Shown here: piece by piece, positions 1 to 13,083 of the stretch
How positions within the stretch are numbered: the first letter of the stretch is position 1
How the letters are laid out: each line of letters opens with the position of its first letter
Assembly (NCBI GenBank): GCA_964016885.1
Contig: OZ024756.1
Coordinates: 42,408,001 to 42,472,000, forward strand
DNA length: 64,000 bases
DNA from: Eledone cirrhosa
Taxonomy: Eukaryota
Direction of reading: 5' to 3'
Notes under the pieces: model-generated
The model's database searches: none
Seen by the model: the letters and a program-made list of their open reading frames with translations, nothing else
Told to the model about the DNA's origin: nothing
Made by a program: the position numbers and the translations under genes

Positions 1-151
1 AACTATGAACCATATCAATATTCTAAGAAATAATATTCATTCTAAATATTCTGAAGATTCACAAAATATGTGAACATCTCATTGTTTAATAAAAAGTTAT
101 AAAAAAAAATTTGTTAATCATTTTGTTTTCATCTGTTGAGGAAGTATAAAT

Positions 152-720
152 GTGACTGGGGGGGGGAGTAATAGAGCCAGTGATGGATGTTGGGAGAGTG
201 AAATGGAATATGATGGTTAGGTCATGTGTTGTGGAAGGATGAAAGTGACTGGGGGGGGGGAGTAATAGAGCCAGTGATGGATGTTGGGAGAGTGAAATGG
301 AATATGATGGTTAGGTCATGTGTTGTGGAAGGATGAAAGTGACTGGGGGGGGGGGGGGGGGAGTAATAGAGCCAGTGATGGATGTTGGGAGAGAGAAATG
401 GAATGAGATGGTTAGGTCATGTGTTGTGGAAGGATGAAAGTGACTGGGGGGGGGGGGGGGAGTAATAGAGCCAGTGATGGATGTTGGGAGAGAGAAATGG
501 AATATGATGGTTAGGTCATGTGTTGTGGAAGGATGAAAGTGACTGGGGGGGGGGGGGGGTAATAGAGCCAGTGATGGATGTTGGGAGAGAAATGGAATGA
601 GATGGTTAGGTCATGTGTTGTGGAAGGATGAAAGTGACTGGGTGGGGGGGGGGAGTGATAGAAATGAATTTGGAAGGAAGTAGAGGAAGGAGAGCAAGAA
701 AGACCTGGCTAAAGATGGAG
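152..720 (+). repeat. Five 93-101-bp tandem units with variable poly-G, derived from an RTE LINE ORF end
   Basis: Units start at 152, 245, 339, 440, 539. The unit encodes MRWLGHVLWKDESDW and the last runs into MNLEGSRGRRARKTW. Confidence 0.8.
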
Positions 721-884
721 GGAGGAAATGAAGGCTACTAAACTTGAGGAATTTAAATGTTTTTTTGTTTCTGTTTTTCTTTTATTTTAAACCTGAAGAG
801 CCTGGATTCCTTGTTGCCAAACAGTTTTATACCTTATACACTTGTGTATAAGCCACAACTCCTGCCCAACAATATTTTACCATA

Positions 885-1104
885 AGCTCCCAGTTCACAC
901 TGTAAAGTGGTTGTGTAGGTGACATGACAAAAAGTACCCAGTTCACACTGTAGATGTGGTTGGTGTTAGGAAGGGCACCCAGCCTTAGAAATCAAGCCAA
1001 AATTATGAGCAAGACATGGCCACCTGACTTGGCTTGTCTCAATGAGACAACTCGTCTAACCCATGCTAGCATGGCAAATGGACATTAAATAGTGATGATG
1101 ATGA
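885..1104 (+). mobile_element. Retroposon 3' end with RTE-type tail and (GAT)n
   Basis: ggtgttaggaagggcacccagcc...aacccatgctagcatggcaaatggacattaaa...gatgatgat. Related tails at about 16965, 23830, 30290, 52385 and 56690. Confidence 0.75.
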
Positions 1105-1105
1105 T

Positions 1106-1365
1106 ACTTGAGTATAAGTCACACAGTTTTTGCCCAACAATATACCATATACACTTGAGTATAAGTCTCACCATTCTTGCCCCCAAAATATGCCATACAC
1201 CCTAGTGTATAAGTCTCACAATTCTTGGCCAACAATATACCATACACCCTTGTGTATAAGTCTCACCATTCTTGCCCCGAAATATACTATAGACCCTTGT
1301 GTATAAGTCTCACCATTCTTGCCCAACAATATTATACTGTATACACTTGTGTATAAGTCACACCA
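1106..1365. repeat. 46-bp minisatellite, about 6 copies (one more copy near 840)
   Basis: Unit cttgtgtataagtctcaccattcttgcccaacaatataccatacac; the start resembles Tc2/pogo-type TIRs (TATACTCGAGTATAAG). Confidence 0.8.
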
Positions 1366-1429
1366 TGAAGGAAAAACCAGCTTACAACTCCTCTGCTACA
1401 CCTGAAAATCTTCAGTGGGGGATTTGAAC

Positions 1430-1565
1430 TTCCGATCTTGCAGAGGAGCTTGACAGTACGGTGTCCAAGTACACCCGAGGTCTCGAAGGCAGCCGGTATG
1501 AAGAGGAAGAGGCTGGGCAATCCCTGATATTTGTCTGTCTTCCTTTCCTCTGTATTGTGGGCCAC
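1430..1565 (-). mobile_element. CRE-clade non-LTR retrotransposon fragment (REL endonuclease C-terminus)
   Basis: EERKTDKYQGLPSLFLFIPAAFETSGVLGHRTVKLLCKIG, matching the KxxKY...FxPxAxETxGxxG pattern. Confidence 0.7.
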
Positions 1566-4406
1566 ATCAATTTTCTGAAAATTTTAGATATTTCCACTCT
1601 ACCTTCTAATACCTTCAATGTGAACACAATACATTTTTTTTTAAAATAAAATCTTTTCATAATATAATTTTCAGAATCTTTTATTATATTATATTTTGAT
1701 ATAACATTTTTAAAATTTCATATTACAATAAGGAACATTTTTTAATGCTTGTAAATTTTAATGAAAGTTTTAAATTCAAGAAGTAAAACCAATGTTATTT
1801 GAAGCCCAAATGATGGTATTTTTGTTTTATAAAACATCTTGGTTTATTAGACTAGAAATCATACTAAGGTATAGCTATATATGGGCAGTAATACAAAATA
1901 ACGTGTAATGTAATTAATTTATTTTTTCATAAGACTAATTTTTTTTACACACATGTATGTATATATATATATACATGTATGTATGTGTGTATATATATAT
2001 ATATACATACATACATATATATATATATATACACATATATGTATATATACCCATAACAGCAAAACTACCTGGCTTTGATTATTAAAAGAAATCACATCAA
2101 AGCAGGTATTGTGTAAAATTAACAAGAATTTACCGAAATCAATAAGCCTGTGTCCCCATTGTCTTTATTCTTAAACTTCAACTTTTCCATAATAAAAATC
2201 TTGCTGACCAGCACTGCATCATAAGGAACATTTTCCATTTCCGGATATATATCATTCCAGTTATATTGATATATTGATTTTTAATTAACCAAGAGAAAGG
2301 GCTGAATGAAAACAGTTTATTAAACCCAATCATTATTATTTTTTTTTTTTTTTTAATTTGCATTTCATTTTTTTATATTGTTAAATTTCGATCAGTGTTT
2401 TTTTTTTGTTTTTTTTTCTGTAGCTTTTTAAAATCTTTTTTTTTTAAACTTTTTTTTTTCATCAGGTTTGTAGGTGTCTGTGTGTGCTGTACAGTATATA
2501 TTTATAAACAATACTCTATAAAGTTTAGTGTGTCTGTGTTGGAAATATTGTTTATGTGGTCGTTCATTTTCTAGTGTTTTCATTTAATGTATATATATAT
2601 TTATATATTTTCAATACATAAGGTTCCGTCAAATCTGGCATTGGTGTCTGTTACACCATTATATATTTGCACCATGTCACCACCATCAGCAATAATGTTT
2701 TAGAAAGTCTTTAGTGACATTATAGTTAGTAATTCTCACAGAGCAACAATATTTCATGAAAGTCTTTTAAATTCACAAAACAACAAAAAATAGAAAAATA
2801 AAAAGAGAAAAAGTTCTTTTTTTTTAAAAAATCTGTGGATAATTTGTATAAAGAGAGAAGTCGATGTTATCATAACCTCAAGAAATCATCATCATCATTA
2901 AATGTCTTCAGATATAGCAATAATTATTTTAATCCACTTTTTAATCAAGTTTCCAGCAATGATGTAGTATCAACTCTAATATTTAAATACAAGTCGATGA
3001 TGTTTTTATTTTAGTTATTTTTTCCTAAATCAAGGATTTCCATTTTTTTATTTTTTATTTTCTTTCTTAAATTCTTTTCGTTAAATATGAATAATTTTCA
3101 GTGAACTCATACCAAATATTTTTTTTTTTCCATTTGTTTTTGTTTTTTCCATTTAAACAAACAATTTCTGTTTATTTTGCATTGATTTAATATCATATTT
3201 TCTTCCATTAGAATTTTTTTTAAAGATTAAAAGTTGCAGAACAAATTTTTTTTTTTTTAAATATAATTTCTCATTCTAGATTATAATTAATGTTCTTTGT
3301 AATGTATAATTAATTTTACACCTAATTTAATTAGGACTTTCAGCTCACTCTCATTATAATTGCTTCTCTGTGTTTATCTTCTTGTTTTCTTTTTAAAAAG
3401 AAGTCCTTCAGTTGTATCAAAGAAAAGAATGCTTCTCTTGTTTGTATTTAAATTATTAAATTAATAAATGTTTCTAGTGAGAATGAGAACAAGACAGAAT
3501 TATCTTTTAGGCCATATTAGTTCTAGCAACTTCATCAATAAATTCTTCTCCAATTAGGAAAATATGGGGACACAGCCAGTTTTAGAGATATTTAGTCAGT
3601 TTTTTAAGGATAATTAATAAACGGTAACAATAACAATGAAGGCTACAAATATGCTGCCATAACCAACTAAATGGTTTACTTAAAGATCAAAGAACTAATG
3701 GGCCTCAGCAGCCCTTATTACAACATTCATCCACTAACATAACAGGTAACAATTACTAAGAAACCACACAGTCAATACAATCAGCTAAAAATCTTTTTTT
3801 TCCCTTTCGTTTATTTTTTAAAAATTAATTTTAAATTAATTTTTAATTAATTTTAAATTAATGTTGTTAATTTTCTCTCCTGTGAAAAGGAGGGAATATA
3901 ATTTTAAGGCAGTTTCAAATTTCTGCTTAGAGTATATTCCTATATTCCTGACAAGAAATGTTTTACTGTATGTGTGTATGTGTGTGTGTATAATTATGTA
4001 AATTTGTGTATGTGTGTATGCGTAAGTCTGTTTGTGTGAGTGTGTGTATTCACATGCTATGGTACTGCAAAAAGCTGCATATGAATTATATTGTAAATAT
4101 TTGAGAGTCATAAAACCATGTTTATCATTAATGTTGCATATTTAAACACTAAAATACATTTGCATAATATCCGTTAAACATTAGAGATCTGCATCTAATT
4201 TACAATTTACTGCTTAATTATACATTATAATTATTTTCTGAAATTTAATATTTTGAACTGTATTACCTTGGTTATATATCTCTTGAAGTTAATTTCAATA
4301 CCATCTTTAAAAGTATTGATAAAAATCTTAATTTTTCTAAGTTCAAATAAATTATATAATATTTGTAATTAAATAATGAAAATAAGGCAAAAGGGGAAAG
4401 GAGCTG

Positions 4407-4802
4407 CAAAACCCTACACCCCAGTTTAGGTGGTATATCTCGGCTTTGAGTGACTGATTCTACACCCCAGTTTAGGGAGTAGTAGAGTCTGCAATTCCCT
4501 ACCACAGCTGAGATATACCACCTAGACTGGGGTGTAGAATCTGTCACTCCCTACCACAGCTGAGATATGCCACCTAGACTGGGGTGTAGAGTCTGTCACT
4601 CCCTACCACAGCTGAGATATGCCACCTAGACTGGGGTGTAGAGTCTGTCACTCCCTACCACAGCTGAGATATACCAGCTAGACTGGGGTTAGAGTCTGTC
4701 ACTCCCTACCACAGCTGAGATATACCAGCTAGACTGGGTGTAGAGTCTATCACTCCCTACCACAACTGAGATATACCACCTAGACTGGGGTGTAGAGTTT
4801 TG
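4407..4802. mobile_element. MITE-like element with 39-bp terminal inverted repeats and a 52-bp x6 internal tandem array
   Basis: CAAAACCCTACACCCCAGTTTAGGTGGTATATCTCGGCT at the left, reverse complement at the right (4 mismatches). Units at 4495, 4547, 4599, 4651, 4702, 4753. Confidence 0.75.
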
Positions 4803-5388
4803 AAATTTCTGAACATATAAATAAAATAAAATACAATCAAATTAAATTAAAATTATGCCACTAATATATTTACATGTTTTTTTTTTTTAGAAATTATTTT
4901 TATAAGTTCCCAGTTTAACAATAACGGTACTTTCTTTATTGTAAACATATATATAACTGGAGATAGATTTATTTGAACTATATGTACAGATATATGCATA
5001 TGACATGTGCAGACGTATATATCTGACATGTGCACAGTGACATGCAGACATATGCATATCTTACATGTGCACAGTGATATGTGCAGAGCTTGTGATATCA
5101 CAGTTTAACACGATATAGCTGCCTCAGCTGAAAGTTAATAGTCATATTTGCACTATTAACACTTATTAAGCTTTTTTTTTTAAAATAAATCAAATGAAAA
5201 AAACTAAGAATGAATAAATAAAATCTCCAAAAGTCTTTGTGTGTGTTTGGGTATGTATATATGTATATATATAAATGTATATGCATATATATATATATGT
5301 GTATATGTTTGGGTATGTTTATATATGTACGTATATATATATTTGTTTTGCAAGGTTTTTGATATGAAATCGTGTGTCAAAACAAATA

Positions 5389-5834
5389 TTGTTATACTTG
5401 GGGAGGGTCATATTCTTGTACTAATATTGCCAGAAATAACAACAGAACACACTCACTGTTTGGTTGGTTTTCGCTTCTGTATCTTTTATATCTCCATAGT
5501 TAATTTATTTGGCAATCAATGTTTATCATTGATTGACCAGTGGTTAAAAATACAGATATAAATATATACCTATAGTCTATCAAAGTTCTTTCATTGCACA
5601 TCTGCAACATCATCAGTGGTACTATTCCCTCCTATTGTATTGTTCCCTCCTGTTGCAGATGTGCAATGAAAGAACTTTGATAGACTATATGTATATATTT
5701 ATTTTGATTGCAAAATAAATTAACTATGGAGATATAGAAGATACAGAAGCGAAAACCAACCAAACAGTGAGTGTGTTCTGTTGTTATTTCTGGCAATATT
5801 ATTACAACAATATGACCCTCCCCAAGTATAACAA
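5389..5834. repeat. Long fold-back inverted repeat; single-arm relative at about 52460-52715
   Basis: Arms ttgttatacttggggagggtcatatt...gcacatctgcaaca / tgttgcagatgtgc...ccccaagtataacaa, with a loop of about 40 nt. Confidence 0.9.
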
Positions 5835-6005
5835 ATATGTATATATATAAGGAATTTAGATTGATACTATGTTAAATGCATAGAAACCTTTGCAATTATT
5901 TTATTTGGATATCATATATATTTTTGTTGTTGTTTTGGATAATAATTTATTATAAATAGGAAATAGGTACAAGAAGGTATCTTTCTATTGGTATCTTGTA
6001 TTATT

Positions 6006-6242
6006 TTAACCCTATAGTTACCAACTCAGGCCAAACCAGCTCTGGTTCTATGAAATAAAACACCCATTTTAAAGGTTTCCGATTTAAATTAAAATCTTCC
6101 AACATAATTTTATATAAGAACCTTACATTAAGTTAATTATCTTACTAATGAAATAATTAATAATTTTAGAAAATCCCTCAAAATCCTTAATTAATTAATT
6201 AAAATAGAATGTATTTCATTAGATGTGGTCATGAAAGGTTAA
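6006..6242 (+). mobile_element. TTAA-flanked piggyBac-type MITE, family B (second copy inverted at 49799-50045; fragments near 13930, 15754, 16720)
   Basis: TTAACCCT...AAGGTTAA ends and a shared interior (ctggttctatgaaa...aaaatcttccaacataattttatataagaaccttacatta). Confidence 0.7.
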
Positions 6243-7179
6243 ATAAGAAATAGCTACAAGAAAGGAAAGATTTATTGGTATTTTCTATAAATCAGTACAA
6301 GAAAAGAGGGTTTATTGGTTTCTTGTATTACTATAATAAACACTAAAAAATAAATTTATGAGGAAGTTAAAAGTTTCATCGAATTTTTTTACTAAACATT
6401 TTGACTAAAAATTCGATGAAGCTTCTAAATTTCAAATTCTACTCAGTTTTTTTTACTGAAAAATTTGTCATTATCAATATCCAATAACGGAATATTGAAA
6501 TCAATCATGATCTATAAGTTTATCCAGTCATATATTTGTATGTGTTATATATATATGTGTGTATATATATATGATATTAAGAATTCAAACTTCCTACTAA
6601 GACTATATTTTAGAAAAAAACTTATATAAACAGATTTTTAATTTAGATAACTATTTTTGTATACATCAATGATTAATATTTTTGACTTGTTCCATATATG
6701 CGCACACACATGTATATATACATGCATACGCACATATCTCTCTATATATACATATACATATATATATATATATATATTTGTGTATGTATGTATACATATA
6801 GATATATATCCATTTGTAAAATACTTGTAATGACCATGTGGTTGTACAGAGGTTACACAAGAAAACAAATAAAAGTGAGACACAGGTAGAGAGAGAGATT
6901 GGGGGGGGGGGGTAAGGCTGATAGAGTGAGAAAGAAAGGGAGAGATAGAGTATGAAAACAGCTGAAGATATTTAAGACTTTTGACTAGCTATATTTTCTT
7001 TATATATATATTGTGTGTGTGTATGTATATATGTATCTATATGTATGTATGCATGTATATATATTTATATACATGTATGTATATAAAGCAAGATGAAGAA
7101 AAATTCAGATTATATAATATATATATATATATATATATACTAGTACAACTTACATGGCACCAATCAATCATGTCAGAAT

Positions 7180-7229
7180 TTAGTTATCTTTGGAATATAG
7201 GATGTTATCTTTCAACAATTTTTGTTTCT
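7180..7229 (-). CDS. KIAA0513: KIAA0513-like protein, last coding exon
   Basis: (E)KQKLLKDNILYSKDN*; acceptor ttgtttttcag, phase 1 matches the previous exon, TAA at 7180-7182. Confidence 0.85.
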
Positions 7230-7724
7230 CTGAAAAACAAAAGAAAAAACAAACATTAAGAATAAAAATGTAGAAAATTTGGAATTCAGGAAAATAGCTG
7301 TGAATATATATTTAGAAAATTGGGTAAAATACCCCTATCAACAGAAAATATGGTCAGCAGTGGCTACAGAGAATCAAACTCTGTGTTCTGTATTCTCTCA
7401 AATTCCAGCTGTGTTCTGTACCATTGAGCTAAACGACCCCTGATGACAGTTATTGTCTTAAATAATCGTTTCTACATTTGGTGCGAAGCCAGTTATTTGA
7501 AGGGTAGGGGAAAAGTTGATTAAATCGACCCCAGTGCATCACTGGTACTTTATTTTGTCAACCATGTAAAGATGAAAGGCAAAGCTAACCTCGACAGGAT
7601 TTGAACTCAGAACGTAAAGAACCAAAATAAAATATTGCAATGACATTTTATTTGATGCTCTGCCAACTCACACCTACCTTCTTTTATCTCAAAATTAATT
7701 AAAGAGGAATTAATTAACTCTTAC

Positions 7725-7819
7725 CTCCGCCCAGATTAGCAATTGTGGATTGTTTACGCAGGAATTCCAGACATAAATCCCGGCTTAATCCAAACGACTT
7801 CATGTTACATGTAAATGTT
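7725..7819 (-). CDS. KIAA0513: KIAA0513-like protein, 95-bp exon
   Basis: TFTCNMKSFGLSRDLCLEFLRKQSTIANLGG (cf. TFTHNMLAFGL...FLKKQAVIGNL). Acceptor tattgcag, donor GTAAGA. Confidence 0.92.
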
Positions 7820-8119
7820 CTGCAATAGAAATATAAAACATATCAACATATTATACCTGGACTAGTGTTCCAAACATTTAGATGCTTTATTTCAAGCATT
7901 AAACTAATATATTTCTTTAATGTAGTGTCTGTCCTGGATGTGACAGGGTTTGCGAGGACTGCAAAACTCAAGCTATGCCAAGCACGTTCAACGATGTTGG
8001 AAAGATTGGGTTCAAGGTTCTAGACCAAGACCACATTCATCCCTTAACAACCCACACTGGGTCAGCATGGTATGGTATGGCATACTCGCTCACCATGTTA
8101 CACACAACTCAAACATTGT

Positions 8120-8335
8120 ATAACCCTTTAACATTTACATTACTCTATATTTATTATTGTATTTTCACAGTAAAGGCTTTACCTCATATAATTATCTCAC
8201 ATAGTATCGAATCTATGAGATTTTGTTATTATTTATTTTAAGAACAACACCTTAACATAACGTATGAACAGCCAGTTACGGCCGGTTTGAACAGAAAGAG
8301 GTGAATTATGGCCGGTTTAAATGCTAAAGGGTTAA
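8120..8335 (+). mobile_element. TTAA-flanked piggyBac-type MITE, family A (copies at 15838-16051 and, inverted, 62135-62363)
   Basis: TIR TAACCCTTTAACATTTA / TAAATGCTAAAGGGTTAA; collinear 215-230-bp copies. Confidence 0.8.
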
Positions 8336-8478
8336 ATATAATTTTCATGCACCCATCATTATATGTTGTGGTGTGAAGATTTTCAAGAAGAAATTTTTTT
8401 TTTAAATTTAGAAAATGAAACAAAATAAAAATCTAAGGAAAACAGAAATATTTAGGATGGAATCTTGTAAGACTTTAC

Positions 8479-8547
8479 CCAAGTTGGCCAAATGTAACAT
8501 TCTCTTGGAACTCACTGTCGTCAACTTTCTCTTCAGATGCTTCCTCA
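8479..8547 (-). CDS. KIAA0513: KIAA0513-like protein, 69-bp exon
   Basis: (S)EEASEEKVDDSEFQENVTFGQLG, matching KIAA0513 ENITFGQLG. Phase 2/2, compatible with both neighbours; canonical AG/GT. Confidence 0.9.
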
Positions 8548-8634
8548 CTGGTTTGTAAAAAACAACAAAGTATATATCATATATACATATCATCATCATC
8601 ATTTTAACGTTATTTAGTTTTCGGTATTTTCTTT

Positions 8635-10715
8635 AGTGGTCAGTGATAACTTGACACAACTCATGTATTTATAGTGGTCAGTGATAACTTGACACAACAT
8701 GTATTTATAGTGGTCAGTGATAACTTGACATGTATTTATAGTGGTCAGTGATAACTTGACACAACTCATGTATTTATAGTGGTCAGTGATAACTTGACAA
8801 CATGTATTTATAGTGGTCAGTGATAACTTGACAACATGTATTTATAGTGGTCAGTGATAACTTGACATGTATTTATAGTGGTCAGTGATAACATGACAAC
8901 ATGTATTTATAGTGGTCAGTGATAACTTGACAACATGTATTTATAGTGGTCAGTGATAACTTGACAACTCATGTATTTATAGTGGTCAGTGATAACTTGA
9001 CAACATGTATTTATAGTGGTCAGTGATAACTTGACAACATGTATTTATAGTGGTCAGTGATAACTTGACAACATGTATTTATAGTGGTCAGTGATAACTT
9101 GACACAACTCATGTATTTATAGTGGTCAGTGATAACTTGACAACATGTATTTATAGTGGTCAGTGATAACTTGACACAACTCATGTATTTATAGTGGTCA
9201 GTCATAACTTGACACAACTCATGTATTTATAGTGGTCAGTGATAACTTGACAACATGTATTTATAGTGGTCAGTGATAACTTGACACAACTCATGTATTT
9301 ATAGTGGTCAGTGATAACTTGACAACATGTATTTATAGTGGTCAGTGATAACTTGACACAACTCATGTATTTATAGTGGTCAGTCATAACTTGACACAAC
9401 TCATGTATTTATAGTGGTCAGTGATAACTTGACAACATGTATTTATAGTGGTCAGTGATAACTTGACATGTATTTATAGTGGTCAGTGATAACTTGACAA
9501 CATGTATTTATAGTGGTCAGTGATAACTTGACAACATGTATTTATAGTGGTCAGTGATAACTTGACACAACTCATCTATTTATAGTGGTCAGTGATAACT
9601 TGACACAACTCATGTATTTATAGTGGTCAGTGATAACTTGACAACATGTATTTATAGTGGTCAGTGATAACTTGACACAACTCATGTATTTATAGTGGTC
9701 AGTGATAACTTGACACAACTCATGTATTTATAGTGGTCAGTGATAACTTGACACATGTATTTATAGTGGTCAGTGATAACTTGACACAACTCATGTATTT
9801 ATAGTGGTCAGTGATAACTTGACAACATGTATTTATAGTGGTCAGTGATAACTTGACACATGTATTTATAGTGGTCAGTGATAACTTGACATGTATTTAT
9901 AGTGGTCAGTGATAACTTGACAACATGTATTTATAGTGGTCAGTGATAACTTGACACAACTCATGTATTTATAGTGGTCAGTGATAACTTGACACATGTA
10001 TTTATAGTGGTCAGTGATAACTTGACAACATGTATTTATAGTGGTCAGTGATAACTTGACAACATGTATTTATAGTGGTCAGTGATAACTTGACAACATG
10101 TATTTATAGTGGTCAGTGATAACTTGACACAACTCATGTATTTATAGTGGTCAGTGATAACTTGACACAACTCATGTATTTATAGTGGTCAGTGATAACT
10201 TGACACAACTCATGTATTTATAGTGGTCAGTGATAACTTGACACAACTCATGTATTTATAGTGGTCACTGATAACTTGACAACATGTATTTATAGTGGTC
10301 AGTGATAACTTGACACAACTCATGTATTTATAGTGGTCAGTGATAACTTGACAACATGTATTTATAGTGGTCAGTGATAACTTGACACAACTCATGTATT
10401 TATAGTGGTCAGTGATAACTTGACACAACTCATGTATTTATAGTGGTCAGTGATAACTTGACACAACTCATGTATTTATAGTGGTCAGTGATAACTTGAC
10501 AACTCATGTATTTATAGTGGTCACTGATAACTTGACAACATGTATTTATAGTGGTCAGTGATAACTTGACAACATGTATTTATAGTGGTCACTGATAACT
10601 TGACAACATGTATTTATAGTGGTCACTGATAACTTGACAACATGTATTTATAGTGGTCAGTGATAACTTGACACAACTCATGTATTTATAGTGGTCAGTG
10701 ATAACTTGACACAAC
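8635..10715. repeat. Minisatellite of roughly 60 units, 31-38 bp each
   Basis: Near-invariant 28-bp core tatttatagtggtcagtgataacttgac followed by atg / acatg / aacatg / aactcatg / acaactcatg. Confidence 0.97.
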
Positions 10716-10940
10716 TACATATATTGACCAGTAGAAAATATGAATGAAACCATTGTTAAATGTTATTCTTCAGGATTTTTTGTCATGCGTCTGACTTTCT
10801 AGTTCTCTACAGGCCCTCATATACTTTCTGTTCGTGGCTGGCTAAAGATTTATAAAAAAATATTAGTCTCTGCTATACTTTGTTTTCTTCAGATTACAAC
10901 TTCAATTTTTTGTTGAAAAATATGAATTCTATTTTATTCT

Positions 10941-12825
10941 TTAGCTCTTTAGCATTTACATTACTCTATATATACTATTGTATTTTCACAGTAAAGGCTT
11001 TACCTCACATAATATCTCACATAACATTTACATTACTCTATATATACTATTGTATTTTCACAGTAAAGGCTTTACCTCACATAATATCTCACATAACATT
11101 TACATTACTCTATATATACTATTGTATTTTCACAGTAAAGGCTTTATCTCACATAATATCTCACATAACATTTACATTACTCTATATATACTATTGTATT
11201 TTCACAGTAAAGGCTTTACCTCACATAATATCTCACATAACATTTACATTACTCTATATATACTATTGTATTTTCACAGTAAAGGCTTTACCTCACATAA
11301 TATCTCACATAACATTTACATTACTCTATATATACTATTGTATTTTCACAGTAAAGGCTTTACCTCACATAATATCTCACATAACATTTACATTACTCTA
11401 TATATACTATTGTATTTTCACAGTAAAGGCTTTACCTCACATAATATCTCACATAACATTTACATTACTCTATATATACTATTGTATTTTCACAGTAAAG
11501 GCTTTACCTCACATAATATCTCACATAACATTTACATTACTCTATATATACTATTGTATTTTCACAGTAAAGGCTTTACCTCACATAATATCTCACATAA
11601 CATTTACATTACTCTATATATACTATTGTATTTTCACAGTAAAGGCTTTACCTCACATAATATCTCACATAACATTTACATTACTCTATATATACTATTG
11701 TATTTTCACAGTAAAGGCTTTACCTCACATAATATCTCACATAACATTTACATTACTCTATATATACTATTGTATTTTCACAGTAAAGGCTTTACCTCAC
11801 ATAATATCACACATAACATTTACATTACTCTATATATACTATTGTATTTTCACAGTAAAGGCTTTACCTCACATAATATCTCACATAACATTTACATTAC
11901 TCTATATATACTATTGTATTTTCACAGTAAAGGTTTTACCTCACATAATATCTCACATAATATTTACATTACTCTATATATACTATTGTATTTTCATAGT
12001 AAAGGCTTTACCTTACATAATATCTCACATAACATTTACATTACTCTATATATACTATTGTATTTTCACAGTAAAGGCTTTACCTCACATAATATCTCAC
12101 ATAACATTTACATTACTCTATATATACTATTGTATTTTCACAGTAAAGGTTTTACCTCACATAATATCTCACATAATATTTACATTACTCTATATATACT
12201 ATTGTATTTTCACAGTAAAGGTTTTACCTCACATAATATCTCACATAATATTTACATTACTCTATATATACTATTGTATTTTCACAGTAAAGGCTTTACC
12301 TTACATAATATCTCACATAACATTTACATTACTCTATATATACTATTGTATTTTCACAGTAAAGGCTTTACCACACATAATATCTCACATAACATTTACA
12401 TTACTCTATATATACTATTGTATTTTCACAGTAAAGGCTTTACCTTACATAATATCTCACATAGCATTTACATTACTCTATATATACTATAGTATTTTTT
12501 CACAGTAAAGGCTTTACCACACATACTATCTCACATAACATTTACATTACTCTATATATACTATTGTATTTTCACAGTAAAGGCTTTACCTCACATAATA
12601 TCTCATATAACATTTACACTACTTTATATTTACTATTGTATTTTTGTGGAAAAGGCTTTACCTCACATAATTATCTCACTTAATATCAAATCTACAGGAT
12701 TTTGATATTATTTATTTTGAGAACAATATCTTAATGTCACTATGAGTGGCTGGTTATGGCTTTGAAGAGAAACAGGTGAGAGAATTCTGCCCAGATATGG
12801 CCAGTTTAATGAAAGCAATAGTTAA
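10941..12825 (+). repeat. Family-A MITE with its 5' 72 bp amplified to 23 tandem copies plus the original
   Basis: 72-bp unit from 10953. The 24th unit (12611) continues into the normal MITE body; degenerate TIR ttagctctttagcattta at 10941. Confidence 0.93.
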
Positions 12826-12935
12826 CTTAGTGCAGACTGGCTGTCATATATTTTCTTTTCATCATTTGTGGCTGAAAATTTAGTTTCTGTGTACTAGACT
12901 TTGTTTTCTATAGATTATAACTTCAATATGTTTAC

Positions 12936-13083
12936 CTTGTGCAAACTGGTCTTCTAGCTCTCTCACATTGGACTGCATCAAAGAAAGCAGCATTCCAGAA
13001 TCTTAAGGAATGCCAGATAGGTTGTTCACGTAGGAAGGTGTAGAGAAAGCATTTCACTGCAATCTTTTTTCCAATTTGGCGAC
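12936..13083 (-). CDS. KIAA0513: KIAA0513-like (SBF2-domain) protein, internal exon
   Basis: [48 protein letters not shown], matching the KIAA0513 motif [18 protein letters not shown](H)CER as recalled. Polypyrimidine tract + cag acceptor, AG|GTAAA donor, 148 bp. Confidence 0.93.

Noticed and set aside
6373-6424. Short hairpin TTCATCGAATTTTT...AAAAATTCGATGAA
   Set aside because: Isolated stem of about 14 bp, with no ribozyme core or family context.
8635-10715. CRISPR-like look (constant repeat plus variable spacer)
   Set aside because: The spacers are 3-10-nt nested variants of one sequence, not unique; eukaryotic context with no cas genes.
10880-12508. 542-aa and 504-aa ORFs
   Set aside because: Translations of a 72-bp tandem repeat derived from a non-coding MITE; antisense within a KIAA0513 intron.
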